The notes under the pieces are model-generated. The model searched no databases, had not been told where the DNA came from, and was given only the letters and a program-made list of their open reading frames with translations. Position numbers and translations under genes: made by a program. A stretch of DNA of 61,542 bases, counting the filler, from Jimgerdemannia flammicorona (Eukaryota), in NCBI GenBank assembly GCA_003990765.1. It is 3 parts of 3 records of this genome, joined end to end, with 100 filler letters (N's around TTAATTAATTAA, not from the genome) between each part and the next. Parts side by side here need not be neighbours in the genome. Positions count along the whole stretch, not along the records: positions 1 to 20,452 come from RBNJ01001681.1; 2 more parts are not named here. One strand, given 5' to 3'. Positions 1 through 13,979 of this stretch are shown one piece after another. Each line of letters opens with the position of its first letter. Positions within the stretch are counted from its first letter, which is position 1.

Positions 1-1179
1 TTTTTGTTTAATGGACTCTATGTCCCATGGAATTTTATTGGAAGGGAACCTAGACTGTATAGGCCAAAACCCTCCCCCACCACCCACCAAGCACTGCCCC
101 CCTATTAACCTAGGCTAGCTATTGTCCAGCAGCTCGACCATACCAGGCGCAGCAGGGCAAAAAAGCCCACACCTCATTCTGCGCACCATGCTCTCCCTAC
201 TACCAGGGGAAACCCAGCCATACGCCAATGACCGAAAGCGCATGCCTGAGAACCCAATGTATGTACAAGGCCACGCCCGAGCCGAATAGAATAGCCCCTG
301 CCACCCCAAAGAGAATGACAGGCAAAGAAAAAACCCTCATCAAAGCACAACACAGTGGGTAGGGCCTAGTTCTCCCAGTCGAGGTGAGTAAAGGACTTAC
401 ACATGGGGTGGGAGGAAACCCCCAATACCCCACTACTCAAGCCTGCGGGCCTTGATCACATTGCCGTGTCAGCTCCCAGTTCCAGTTGAGTGCAGCCAAG
501 ATGCCTGAAATGGGTAGCCTCAGGCCCCCTGACCCCCCCTGACAACTGGGGCCTCACCCCGCTACCCGCCAAAAGAAGCCGAGAGTGACACCTACCACCT
601 AACTATGCCGCACCAATTAAAAGGCCCACCGAAGCAGCACCTGCCCCAGCCCCGACGACTGCCCCCAGCCTGGCACCCTACTGGTCCACTGTTATCGCCC
701 TTCCTCCTATCTGTGATAGCCATCTCCCCTCCCAACCCGACAACACCCGAAAAGCAGTCACCTACACCAGAACTGCACTTGCCAGGAAGCTCGCCAAAGC
801 CAGAGGGCCCCACTACAGGCACCGAAGACCTGCAGGTAACCTATACTGGGCATTTGACGCCCAAGGTCAGCTGACTCCCTACATAGCCCAAGACATACTG
901 AGACAACACCTTGTTGGCGATGGCAAAAGGAAGAAGATGCTGCACCAAAACGGGTACACCCCAGATGCAGCTGAAGGTACCAGAATCTACAAAAAAGTGG
1001 AGGAAGCACTGATCTGACACCAATAAAGGGGTAACTCAACACCATTGCCCTCCTCCCACCATGCCTCTACAGGCACAGCAAACCAACTCGAGGTAGAGGG
1101 GGTAGTATTAGGGGAAAGGGGACTTAGAAGGTCGCCTACCAAACCTTGTGACCGGTAAGGTAGCGGAGAAAGGAGCTGT
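1..1179 (-). mobile_element. ~1.18-kb non-coding SINE-like retroposon 'X', copy 1
   Basis: Reverse complement of 53239-54414 and 19389-20452. Same 5' start (ACAGCTCCTTTCTCCGCTACC); 3' end AATAAA...GAGTCCATTAAACAAAAA lies at the window edge. Confidence 0.8.
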
Positions 1180-3550
1180 GACCAGCCAGGCCTCTACAAT
1201 ACCCCACCAGAACCCCTTAAACCACAGTCTACCTACATTCCCAACCTGCAGCAAACCCCGCATATCCTTCCAAACCTCACCATGAGGGTAGAACCTGACC
1301 TCCCAATTGTCCATAGCCAGCCTGCCCCAACCTTCCTCACCTAGTTCCTTCAGTCGGCACCTCCACCAGCCCCAAAGTACCCTCAGTCGCCGCTTGAAAT
1401 ACACCAGCCCCAGGCCTCCATCAGAAACCCTCATCACCAAAGTCTCCCATCCGATCTGCAGGCACCTCCCCTGCCATAACCACCCTTCTACAATCTTCTT
1501 CAGCTGCTGCATCACCCACTCTGGAAAATCTAGATGATAACCCAGATACTACAGCTTGGGCAGCCAATACACATTCAAGACCACAATCCTACCAATCAAT
1601 GAGAAGCTCCTTCCTGACCATCCTGTCAACACACCTTCCAGCTTCTGAACCAATCCACACCACCACTCCCTTGGCAGATACCGAAAACCAGATATCCAAA
1701 TAATGAACAGCACTCCCTGTAGCTACCAATTGTCCAAATTGTCCATATCCCCCCAGGCCAGTACCAAGTTCCATAGTCTCACACTTGCCCCAGTTCAACT
1801 TTGCTCCTGCCAGCCTCTCATACTGTCCGACCCCTTCTTGTAGGATTTCGGTATCCTCCCGGCTACCCAACACTACCACCATGTCATCTGCAAAGGCACC
1901 CAGCCACCAGACTACATCTCCCATCTGCAGACCAGAGTGCCGCCCCTTCAGCCACACCAGCAGAGGCTCCAGAGAAAGTACATAAAGAAGAGGAGAGAAG
2001 GGATCCCCTTGTGGTACCCCTCGCCTCAAGGCAAACTCTGGTCCACACCATCCATTCATCATTACCACTGCTCGGCATCCCCTTACCAGTCCCATCAGTC
2101 GCCCTGCCTCTACTGCACTAAACCCTACCCACCTCAGAACCGCCTCCAAATAACTCCACCGCACTCTGTCATAGGCCTTCTCTTGATCCAGAAAGACCAT
2201 CTGGCCATCTACCTGCTGGCTCCTACAGCCTTCTAAGACATTCTGCACCCAAGCAGTACTATCTCTAATCTGCCTCCCCTTGACAAAGCCTTGCTGCTCT
2301 TCTCCAACTAGCATGCCAATATACTGCTGCATCCTCTCTACCAGAATCTTCGAAACTAGCTTTCTATCTACATTCAGCAGCATGATAGATCACCAGTTAC
2401 GCCACACCCATCGATCACCCTTTTCCTTGTATAGAAGAGAGACTAGCCCCAAGGAACTGTTTCCAATCCAGCTGCCCTCCTTCAGAACTATATTGGTCAT
2501 CTCCACCAACCAGTCATCAAACTCTGACTTAAACTCCTTCCAGAATTCCCAGGGCAGCCTATCCTCCCCTGGAGATGAACCAGTCTGTGTCTTCCTCAGC
2601 GCTTCCAATACTTCATCTAGAGATATATCTCTCATAACTGCCTCTCCTATCCCAGGTATCGCAGTCACTGACCAATTGGTCACCATATTGTCATCATCTT
2701 CTCCAAACTCTGTATCCTCAGCGTGCTCCCTGCCATCCTGCCAAAGAGCTTGCCATTGACCAGACACCTCTCCTAATATGTCCGCAATCTCTGAGACCTC
2801 CACTCCATCTTCTCACAAGACTGAGGCCCAACTGTGTCACACCCTCCTAGCCTTCAAAACTCCAGACAGATATCTTGTTGGCCTCTCTCCTTCCTCTAGC
2901 TGCCTGGACCACAGCCTGGCCAGCAGGCCATCTACCACCCTGGTCTCAGACACCCTTAAATCCGCCTGTAGCTCTGCCACCTCTAATGCCAATTGGTGGC
3001 ACACCTCTCCAGACAGGTCCCCCATTTCCAAAAGCTTCAACCACCATCGCAGCCCCTTCTCTACTATTCTCTCCTTGTCCTTCTGTTCCTTCCCAGCCAC
3101 TTCTCTGACATCCTGCCAGTAAGCCCCAGCCAGATGTTTGAATTTACCCCACCATTCTGCTATCAACTGTCCTTCATTGCACCATTGCACAACTTCTTGT
3201 CTCACCACTGCCACAAAATTATCCCTCTCTGTCTTCCTCTTGAGTAGAGCCATATTGAGGCGCCAGCGCCCTCCACTACTGCCCGCTGCTTGAAATCTAC
3301 CGCAAACCTCCACACCTCAATGATCAGACCATAGACACCAGCGCACCTCGGCAGTATCCAGTACATTGCCCCAGCACTCCGCCACTAGCACCCAATTAAT
3401 TCATGTCCCAACCAATGCTATTCCAACTGGGTGCCACCGAGTGAAAGATCCTAGCTTGTCCCCCTGATATTGATGAACACCATCTACCAAGCCCATGTCA
3501 TGCTCCACCTGAAGCCATTGCAAAAGTCCAGAGGAAACCGCGACTCCTGT

Positions 3551-3585
<35 letters not shown>

Positions 3586-4456
3586 GTCGCTTGGACTCCT
3601 TTATTCCACTAGTCTAGAAAGAGAGCACTATCCATGTATCTCTACAACTACCTTTAAACCAGCAATGAACCCAACCCACAACTATTTATAATAATACAAA
3701 GAAGGGCCATTCAGCCCACCCCTTCTTTCTACCTCACCCCCTTCTCACCAAGTACAAGGTGTTCCTGACTTCGCTGAACAATGTCTAACACCTTCTTCAT
3801 GGCCCCCAACTGGTGCCTCTTCCCCTGATACCACCACCCTTGCACCACTTCTAAGAGCAACCCCTTCCACCACTCCACCAATTCTCCAATTCCCATCCAG
3901 AGATCCCTCTCGAATACCCATTGCCAGTGCACCGCCATCAGCACCCAGATGCCGATAATCCAACCCAGGCCTCCCCAGATGTCGCGACTCCTGCCCCACT
4001 ATCAGACCTATCTAGTGTTCGATCATGCACCATATTGAAGTCCCCCCCCAAAATGTCCAAAGCAACCTCCTCCCACCCATCCCATGCCTGCCATCTTTCA
4101 ACCCATTGCTTTTGCTCTCTGCCAACTGCAGGGAGGTAAACCGAGCCAACCGTCAACCTGTCACCTGCCCCTCCTGTAATCCTTCCCCAAATCAGTCTGT
4201 CTCCATAGATCTCAACCTCCACCAGCTTGCCTTTGCCCACACCAACCAAAATGCCGACCTGCTTATTCCAGTCAGCTCCACCATACCATTCTTTACTCCA
4301 TATCTCATAATCTGCCTCGCCATAAGCCCAAATATCCTAAAGAAACACCACATTATATCTTCTGACTTTAAGCCATCTGAACAGCTGCCGTCATTTAACA
4401 CTGTCCCGCAATCCATTGACATTGATCAACAAAATATGTAGATTGTTCTTCATCAT
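1180..4456 (-). pseudogene. LINE ORF2 (AP endonuclease + reverse transcriptase), disrupted
   Basis: ORF pieces 3938-4249 (GDFN), 2837-3313, 2390-2803, 1589-2383 (QGDP, FADD) and 1108-1515. Confidence 0.9.
3554..3982 (-). mobile_element. 5'-truncated LINE (B-type 3' end, 429 bp) inserted into LINE A1
   Basis: Poly-T at 3554-3582; closely similar to 8347-8760. 15-bp TSD: CGCGACTCCTGTCCC (3539-3553) / CGCGACTCCTGCCCC (3983-3997). The empty site is present in A2 at ~17160-17175. Confidence 0.92.
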
Positions 4457-4468
4457 AAAGGAATTTGT

Positions 4469-6337
4469 TTAAAGCTCAGCTGGAACCGCCACTACCTTCT
4501 CAGCTTTTCCACGGACAATCTCTCACTGGTCCTCACAAATTGCCCTCCAGATTCAGTCACCATTTGCACTGCCACAGAAAAGGTCCACTCTTTCAGTCAC
4601 CACCTTCCTGATGTCAGCCATTCTGCCCTCATCCACATCATGTCCTTCATCATCCAGAAGGGCAGCCACCATCACCATCACCAGCTTAGGCCCTTGCATG
4701 GCTACATTGAGAAATTCTTCCCATGCCTCCTGAGATCTATGAAATACGTCCACTTCCTTGATGTCTTCCTCTGCCAGCTCTTCAAGCACTGCCTGGTACC
4801 AGCTCTCCACCATCATCACCAGGGGCCCAGGGGTCGAGGGCCTGGGGGTCCTGCTCAGCTCTTGCAGTTGCTCCCTATCAGCCGACACATCAGAAGCCAC
4901 ATCCACCAGCTCATCCTCCTCTACAACTTTCTCCAAATGAATTACTTCACCTACTTCTGAGCACTCCCAATGGACATTTGCCACCCCGGCCATATGGATG
5001 TCCTCTACCTGAGTCTCCAGCACTACTTCATCATCCACCTCAAAGCCTCCCTCACCAACCTCCTCCTTATCTGCCCACTTGCCTCTCACCGGTGCATGTG
5101 CTGAGTCCTCCACACCACCCAGCTGGGAGAGGGAAACCTCTGCCGCCTCCATTCCTTCTATCTGATTCTTGGCAGTCTCTGCTCTCACCTCCTCTTCCAC
5201 TGCTGCCCCTTGGAGGGCTGCCTGCAGATGCTCCCAATTCCCTTTCCTCCACCTCTTCTGCTTACCATCTGCTTGAATCCAGACCCAATCCTTGGCATAC
5301 TCTTCCCACTTCCTCTTCCACAGTTCCTTGGTAGCCTCCTGCTCCTCCAGAGCAATTGCCAACTCTTCCTCCTCCTGTTCCGCTCCCTTCCTCCTCCAGA
5401 CCTTGCACTCTTGCCCTTAAATCCGGATCCCTTCAGGCCAATCACGGCCCAGTCCCGTCACCTCCTTGCCTTCCAGCTGCAGCATCATCTCGCAGTTACC
5501 ATTCCTCAACTTGGTACCCTCCCAGAATATGAACCCGAAGTCCACCATCTTGTCATATCCACCCAATGCCTCAACCACCATCTCCTTGGTCTCTTGTCTG
5601 CCCAGGGCTAGCAATCCTTCCACCACCAGCCGAACCGCATGCAGATCCCACCTCAGACATCTCGCCATCCCAATCTTAACACCCTTGATGGTCATCTCTT
5701 TCTCCAACACCTTCACCATCACATCCTCCTCCACAAAGCCAATCTTCACTACCTCTGCCAAAGGGATGAACTTCAGAGACTCTGCCCCAGCCACTTCCTC
5801 CCCCACCATCCTCAGAACCTCCCTTGCTGACATCGCCAATCCCAGGAAGTTTGCCAAGATTGCCCACGTCGATACCGATTTATGGAAGAAAGGCCTCACT
5901 ATCAGCTCGCCAGTCCCAGCCACCAGAGTCACCTTTCCCTTAGCCCCTGACACACCTGTGGTCATCCCTCCAGGTATAGCTGTGCCACCAGCTGTCCTCT
6001 CCCCAGCCACCTGCCCAGCCACAGAAGAACCAGTCCCCCGCATCACACCACCAGACTCCTGTCCCCTACCAGCCACCTGACCTGTCACCTGACTTTTCAC
6101 CTGACCCCTCCCCCTGTCAACACTGCACCCCCCCTGTCTCACCCCTATGGGCCTAGTGGCAGCCCTCCTATTCCCTACCACTGTTCGCCAGGTCTCGATC
6201 CCACCAGTCCTCCCCTGTCCCCCAGCCCCTTCTGCATCCACTCCAGCCCCTGCAACAGCCGCAAAACTCTTGGGAATGCCCCAACCAGGCCTCCTCCTCT
6301 CTAGACGCTCAGAGCTAGAAGAATCTTGACTAGCCAT
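4469..6337 (-). pseudogene. LINE ORF1 (Gly-rich N-terminus, RRM-like core, acidic C-terminus), premature stops
   Basis: ORF pieces 5417-6403 and 4553-5362; homologous to ORF1 of the other copies. Confidence 0.8.
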
Positions 6338-6515
6338 GTCACCAAAATTTGACAGTTTTCCTTGAAACTTATTGTGCCTTGTAGGTAGACTCCTGCTGCA
6401 CAATATGCACTAGTATGTTTGAAATAAAAACTTGAAAATGTGTTGTCTTTCGCTGAAAGATGTCTGTGTGACTTAGCTCTCTCCGAATGGTTTGAGCAAA
6501 AGAAGTCACTTTTTG

Positions 6516-8346
6516 TACCAGCCCCAGACCTCCATCTGCCTTTGGCATCACCATTATCTCCCAGCTAATCTGTGATCTTCTTCCCTACCATAGCCATCCT
6601 TCAACCACCTTCTTTAGTTTCTGTACCACCCACCCTGGAAAATCCAGGTGGTACTCCAGATACCACAGCTTCGGCAACCAATATACATTCAAAACTACAA
6701 TCCTCCCAACCAAAGAAAATCCCCTCTCCGACCAGTCCACCAAAGAATTCTCCCACTTCTGTATCAATCCATACCACCACTCTTTTGGCAGCACCATCCC
6801 ATATACCGAGAACCAGATGCCCAAATATCACACTATCTCCCCAGAACCAACCAAATGTCCAAAATGTCCATGCTCCCCCAAGCCAGCTCCAAGCTCCATA
6901 GTCTCACACTTGCCCCAGTTCAGCTTCACCCCTGCCAGCATCTCATACTGCCCTACCCCTTCCTGCAAGCTCGCCACATCCTCCACACTGTCTAACCCTA
7001 CCACTATGTCATCTGCAAAGGCCCCTAGCTTCCAGACCACCTCTCCTATCTTCAACCTGGTAAGCCTCCCCTTCAGCTATACCAATAAGGGCTCCAAAGA
7101 AAAAATATAAAGCAGGGGTGAAAGAGGATCTCCCTGCGGCACACCTCGTCCTAAGACAAACTCCAGGCCACTCCACCCATTCATCAATACTGCAGCCTGG
7201 CAACCTCGCACCAGACCCATCAGTTTTTGAGCCTCCCCCATGCCAAACCCAGCCTTCCATAGAACCACCTCCAAGTAGTTCCACCTCACCCTGTCATAAG
7301 CCTTTTCCTGATCCAAGAACACCATTCTCCCATTGACTTGCCAGCTTCTACACCCTTCCAAAACATTTTGCACCCAGGCTGTACTATCTCGAATCTGTCT
7401 CCTCTTCACAAACCCTCGCTGTTCCTCACCAACCAATCTGCCAATCCATTGCTGCATTCTCCCTGCCAGAATCTTAGAGACCAACTTCCTATCCACATTC
7501 AGTAACATGATGGGCCTCCAGTTCCACCACACATGTCTGTCTCCTTTCTCCTTGTAGAGCAGAGAGACTAGTCCCAAGGAGCCATTGCCAATCCAGCAGC
7601 CTTCCCCCAGCATAAAGTTTGCCATTTCCACCAACCATTCCCCAAACTCAGTCTGAAACTCCTTCCAGAACTCCCAGGGCAGACCGTCCTCCCCTGGCGA
7701 TGAGCCCACCTGCATGTTCCTGAGAACCTCCAACACTTCATCAAGAGCCACCCTACCCATTACTGCCCCACCAATTATAGGCGCCAACCAAATTGTTGTT
7801 ATTCTCTAGTACTGCCTCTCCTTCCACCAGCCCTCTATCATCCTGCCATAGGGAGCACCATCGACCAGAGATCTCCCCAAGCACATCCATGATATCTGTC
7901 ACCTCTGTTCTATCCTCTCACAACACCGAGGCCCAACTGTGCTGCACTTTCCTGGCCTTCAAGATTTCTGATAAGTATTTGGTGGGTCACTCTCCTTCCT
8001 CCAATCTCCTTGCTTGCAATCTCGCCAGCAACTCATCCACTACCCTGTCTTCTGCTGCCCTCAAATCTGACCACAACTCAGCTACCTCCTTGATCAATAG
8101 GGAGCACTGTTCCCCTGAGGAGTTCTCTCCTTCCAGAAGTTTAAGCCGCCAGCGAGGCCCCTGCTCCACTCTCCTTTCTCTATCCTTCTGCTCCCTTCCA
8201 GCTACTTCTCCTATATCACACCAATATGCACCTGCTAAATGTTTAAATTTCCCCCACCACTGTGCTATTGGCTGGCCACCATACTTCCACTGTGCTACTT
8301 TCTGTCTTGTGATTTTAACAAACTTATCTCGCTTCATCTGTCTCTT
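6516..8346 (-). mobile_element. LINE subfamily B copy 1, RT region (continues at 14156-14647)
   Basis: ORF 7077-7787 has NWRPIMLLNVDRK and GVPQGDPLSP; ORF 6828-7055 has AFADD. Confidence 0.88.
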
Positions 8347-8499
8347 TTTTTTTTTTTTTATATAGTCACTTGGACTCCTTTATTCCACTAGTCTAAAAAA
8401 GAACACTATCCATGTATCTCTATGATTACCTTAGAAAAACAATGAACCCAACCCACAACTATTCATAATAATATAAAGAAGGGCCATTCAGCCCACCCC

Positions 8500-11400
8500 T
8501 TCTTTCCACCTCACCCCCTTCTCACCAAGTACAAGGTGCTCCTGACTTCTCTGAACAATGTCTAACACCTTCTTCATGGCCCCCAACTGGTGCCTCTTCC
8601 CCTGATACCACTACCCTTGTACCACTTCCAAGAGTAACTCCTTCCACTGCTCCACCAATTCTCCAATTCCCATCCAGGGATCCCTCTCGAACACCCATCG
8701 CCAGTGCACCACCATCAGTACCCAGATGCCGATAATCCGACCCAGACCTCCCCAGACATTCCCAATTTCTCCCACCAGGCGACACTTGATCACCCAACAA
8801 GTGGGGCCCCCTGCCCATTCACTCTCCTCCCCCCAATAGCCTTCCAATATCTGCCAAAATCCTTCAACCCCTGGACAGGCTGCCAGAACATGCTCCAGAG
8901 TCTGCACTACTCCCCCATCTAGCTTGCAACACCACTCACATTCCCTTACACCTTCTTCTACAATCCACCCCATCCTGTACCCCAGTATGACATTCCTCTA
9001 CAGAAATCACCACTATACCACCCAGAACTTGGGCAGAGCAATCTTGAGCAGTGAGGTCCCCCAACCCCAAACCTGACCCCACTCCCATTCTTCTCCAAAC
9101 TCAGCCTTCTGCCAACCAACCGGCCACCTCTCAAGTGGACCCATCCGGATCCACTCCATCGCCCCAGACAAAGAGTATTCCACCAATGGGTGGCTGCCAA
9201 TACGAATCACACCAAATTGCCACCATTGCCATTCTGGGTCCTCCTCTTCTTTGCCAGATTCTGGGCCCATGTGTCCCATTGCCAGCCAAGCTTCTACAAT
9301 ACCCCACCAAAATCCCCTATAACATAACCTGCCAACCCTTCCAACCTGGAGCAAACCTCGCATGTCCTTCCAAACCTTGCTCCAGGGGCAAAACCAAACT
9401 TCCCAGTTGTCCATAGCCAGTTTGCTCCAACCCTCTCCTCCTAATTCTGCCATTCAACAACCTCACCAGCCTCGAAGTACCTTCAGCCACCTTCTGAAGT
9501 CCACCAACCCCAGACCTCCATCTGCCTTCGGCATCACCATAATTTCCCAGCTAATCTGCGATCTCCTTCCCTGCCACAGCCATCCTTCGACCACCTTCTT
9601 CAGTTTCTGTACCACCCATCCTGGAAAGTCCAGGTGGTACCCCAAGTACCACAGCTTCGGTAACCAATATATATTCAAAACTACAATCCTCCCAACCAAG
9701 GAGAAGCCCCTCCCAGACCAGCCCACCAAGGCATTCTCCCACTTCTATACCATTCCACACCATCACTCTTTTGGCAGCACTGTCCCATAAACTGAGAACC
9801 AGATACCCAGATATTGAACTGCTTCCCCAGGCCTAACCAATTGTCCAAAATATCCATGCTCCCCCAATCCAGCTCCAAGCTCCATAGTCTCACACTTGCC
9901 CCAGTTCAGCTTCGCTCCTGCCAGCATCTCATACTGTCCTACCCCTTCCTGCAAGTTCGCCACATCTTCTACACTGCCTAACCCTACTACCATATCATCC
10001 GCAAAGGCCCCCATCTTCCAGACCACATCCCCCATCTTCAATCCGGTAAGTCTCCCCTTCAACCATGCTAATAAGGGCTCCAAAGATAAAATGTACAGCA
10101 GGGGTGAGAGAGGATCCCCTTGTGGCACACCTCACCCTAAGAGGAACTCCAGGCCACTCCACCCATTCATCAACACTGCAGCCCGGCAATCTCACACCAG
10201 ACCCATCAGCTTTCGAGCCTCCCCCATGCCAAACTCGGCCTTCCATAGAACTGCCTCTAAGTAGTTCCACCGCACTCTGTCGTAAGCCTTTTCCTGGTCC
10301 AAAAACACCATCCTTCCATCTACTCACTGGCTTTGACAACCTTCCAAAACATTTTGCACCCATGCTGTGCTGTCTCTAATCTGTCTCCCCTTCACAAACC
10401 CTCGCTGTTCATCACTCACCAATTGGCCAATCCATTGTTGCATTCTCCCTGCCAGAATCTTGGAGACCAACTTCCTATCCACATTCAATAACATGATGGG
10501 TCTCCAGTTCCACCACACACATCTGTCCCCTTTCTCCTTATAGAGCAGAGAGACCAGCCCTAAGGAGCCATTGCCAATCCAGCAGCCTTCCCCCAGTGTA
10601 AAGTTCGCCATTTCTACAAGCCATTCCCCAAGCTCAGTTTGAAACTCCTTCCAGAACTCCCAAGGCAGTCCATCCTCCCCTGGTGATGAACCAGTCTGCG
10701 CTTTCCTCAGAACCTCTAACACTTCTTCAAGGGACACCCTACCCATTACTGCCCCACCAATTGCTGGCTCTGCCACCACTGGCCAGCTGCCAACCAAATT
10801 GTTATTGTCCTCCAGTGCTGCCTCTCCCTCCACCAGCCCTCCATCATCCTGCCATAGGGTGCACCATCGACCAGAAATCTCCCCAAGCATGTCTGTGATA
10901 TCGGTCACCTCAGTGCCATCCTCCCGCAACACGGAAGCCCAGCTGTGCTGCACCCTTCTGGCATTCAAGATGCTGGACAAGTATTTGGTGGGTCACTCTC
11001 CTTCTTCCAACTGCTTGGCTCGCAATCTTGCCAGTAACCCATCTACCACCCTATCTTCTGCAGCCTTCAAATCTGACTGCAACTCTGCCACCTCCTTGAT
11101 CAACAGGGAGTGCCATTCCCCTGAGGAGTTCTCTCCCTCTAAATGCCTCAGCCGCCAGTGCAGCCCCTGCTCTACTCTCCTCTCTCTATCCTTCTGCTCC
11201 CTTCCCGCTACCTCTCCTACATCATGCCAGTATGCACCTGCCAGATGTTTAAATTTCCCCCACTACTGTGCTATCAACTGGTCACTATCCTTCCATTGTG
11301 CTGCTTCCTGTCTTGCGATTTTAACAAACTGGTCCTGCTCCACCTGTCTCTTGAGTAGTGCTACATTAAGTCACCATCTGCCTCCACCACCACTGGCTGC

Positions 11401-12123
11401 CTGGAATCTCCCACACACCTCTAGACCCCAGTGATCTGACCAGAGACACTACTGTACCTCAGTTGAATCCAAAACATTACCCCATCATTCTGCCACCAGA
11501 ATCCAGTCAATCCTCGTGCCAACCAAATTCTCACCAACCGAATGCCACCTAGTAAATGGCCCTGACTTCTCACCTTGACGTTGTCGTACTCCATCAACTG
11601 ATCCCATTTCCTTCTCAACTTGAAGCCATCGTGAGAGCTCTGTAGAAACCGCCATGCCGACTCCACCATCAGACCTATCTAATGTCCTGTCACGAACCAT
11701 GTTGAAGTCCCCTCCCAAAATGTCCAGCCCAATCTCCTCTTGGCCATCCCAATCCAGCCAACCTTCCACCCATTGGTTTCGCTCTCTGCCAACCGCTGGT
11801 AGATACGCTGAGCCAACTACAAGCCCATCGCCTGCTCCTTCTTTCAGTCTCCCCCAGACCAATTGATCACCATATACCTCGACCTCCTTCAGCTCTCCTC
11901 TCCCCAAGCCAACCAGAATGCCCACCTACTCATTCCACCCTATACTACTGTACCATTCCTTGCTCCACTCCTTATAATCTTGCTCCCTATAGGCCTGAAC
12001 ATTCTGCAGAAATATCAAGTCATACCTCCTGTTCTTCAGCCACTGAAACAAACACCTTTGCTTCACTCCATCATGCAAACCATTGACATTTAGTGATAAT
12101 ATATGTAGACTGTTCATCATCAT
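8500..12123 (-). pseudogene. LINE B2 ORF2 (APE-RT-Zn finger)
   Basis: Motifs SLNVNGL, GDFN, TRIDW, SDH, NWRPI, QGDP, FADD and a C-terminal CxxC..H..C. Fragmented by stops; 3' boundary approximate. Confidence 0.9.
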
Positions 12124-12134
12124 GAAGTAAATGT

Positions 12135-13979
12135 TTAAATTTCCACTGGATTTGCCACCACCTTCTCAGCCCTACTGCAAATAATAGTCTTCTGTTCCTC
12201 GCAGATACCCCTCCAGATATACGCTCCATTCACCCCATTGCAAAAGACCACCACTCGCTCTGATGCCACCTTCCTGATTTCAGCCATACGGTCCTCATCA
12301 ACCTCATATCCTTCATCATCCAGAAGTGCCACCACTATTGCTGTCACCAACTTTGGCCCCTGCAATGCCACATTGAGAAACTCTTCCCAGGCCTCCTGCA
12401 ATCCATTAAACACATCCACTTCCTTGATATCCTCCTCCGCAAGTTCCTCGAGCACTGCCTGATACCAGTCATCTGCCATCATCACCATGGGCCCCAGGGT
12501 GGCAGGCCTTGGAGTCCTACTCAGCTCCTGCAGCATCTCTCTATCTGCTGACACATTGGAAGCCACATCCACCAGATTGTCCTCCTCAGTGCCCTTCTCC
12601 AGCCAAACCACTTTGCCTGCCTCTGGGCATTCCCAATGCACATTAGCCACTCCCGCCATGCACACATCCTCCAACTGAGTCTCTGGTACCACCTCAACAA
12701 CCTCCTTAAAGCCCCCAGTGGTTGCCTCCTCCTTATCAGCCCACTTCCCTGTCACTGGTGCATGAGTAGAATCCTCCACACCCCCTAGTTGTGAAAAGGA
12801 CACCTCAGCCATCTCCACCTCTTCCATCTGACTTTTGGCCATCTCTGCTTTTTCCTCCTCCTCCCTTTTCGAGCTCTGGAGGACTGTCTGCAGACGCTCC
12901 CAGTTTGCCCTTTGCCACCTCTTCCTCTTCCCATCAGTTGGAATCCAGATCCAATCCTTGGCAAACTCCTCCCATTTCCTCTTCCACAATTCCTTCGCAG
13001 CCTCTCTCTCCTCTAGAGCAACTAGCAATTCCTCCTCCTCCTGTTCAGAGCCCTTCCTTCTCCACACTTTGCACTTCTGCCCTCTGATGTGAACTACTTC
13101 AGGCCAGTCTCTCCCTTACCCTGTGGCCTCCTTGCCTTCCAGCCTCACCATCACCTCACAGTTGCCATTCCTTAACTTGGTCCCCTCCCAGAACATGAAC
13201 CCGAAGTCAACCATCTCGCCAAATGCCCCCAGTGCCTCTGCCACCATTCCTTTGGTCTCCTGTCTCCCCAATGTCGGCAGCCCTTCAATTACCAGTTGCA
13301 CTGCCCGTGGGTCCCACCTCAGGCACCTCGCCATGCCGACCTTGATGCTCTTGATGACCAGCTCTTTCTCCAAGGCCTTCACCATCTCCTCCTCCTCGAC
13401 GAATCCTATCTCAACTGCTTCAGCTGATGGGATGAACTTCAGCGACTCTGCCCCTGAAATCTCCTCTCCCACTAGCCGCAAGACCTCCCTCGCAGACATC
13501 CCCAGCCCCAAAAAATTTGGTGATATGACCCACATTGACACCGATTTGTGGAAGAAGGGACGCACCACCAGTTCACCAGAACCAGCTGCCATTGTCGCCT
13601 TCTTCTTGTTCTCTGACACTCCAGCAGTCACCCCAGCCACCAGCCCAGCCCCAGGAATACTAGTCCCAGCCACACCACTTCCAGACCCCTGGCCCCTAGC
13701 AGGCACCTGACCAGTCACCTGACCTGTCACCTGGCCGGTCATCTGTCTCCTACCCCTGTCAACACTACGCCCTCCCTGCCCTACCCCCATGGGCCTAGTA
13801 GCCACCCTCCTGCCCCCCATCACTGTGTGCCAACTTGCAATGCCAGCCTGTCTCCCCTGTCCACCTACTCCTCCTGTCCCTACACCTGCTCCAACTGTCA
13901 CCACGAAACTCTTAGGGAGACCCAGACCAGACCTCCTTCTCTCCAAATGCTCAGAGCTTGATGAACCCTGGGTCGCCAT
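12135..13979 (-). pseudogene. LINE B2 ORF1
   Basis: ORFs 13116-13979 and 12135-13067 are in the same frame, separated by a premature stop. Confidence 0.85.

Larger units (their letters stand above)
1180..6507 (-). mobile_element. L1/Tx1-clade LINE, subfamily A copy 1 (5' end intact, 3' end cut by X), decayed
   Basis: 5'UTR at ~6507 matches the start of the copy at 14648. ORF1 at 6337-4469. ORF2 from 4456 with APE motifs (GDFN, SDH) and RT motifs (MLLNVDRKLVSKIL, GVPQGDPFSP, AFADD). Many premature stops. Confidence 0.92.

Noticed and set aside
1589..2383. RT as a retron, group II intron, DGR or telomerase
   Set aside because: An upstream AP endonuclease, ORF1, poly-A tails and TSDs identify ordinary non-LTR retrotransposons.
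3539..3553. Sequence-specific targeting by the LINEs (as in some Tx1 elements)
   Set aside because: The four visible TSDs share no consensus.
5466..6080. Many Ser/Pro/Thr-rich ORFs opposite the LINE ORFs (e.g. 13123-13710, 15077-15865, 45726-46325)
   Set aside because: Antisense frames of G-rich LINE coding sequence; no independent coding signal.
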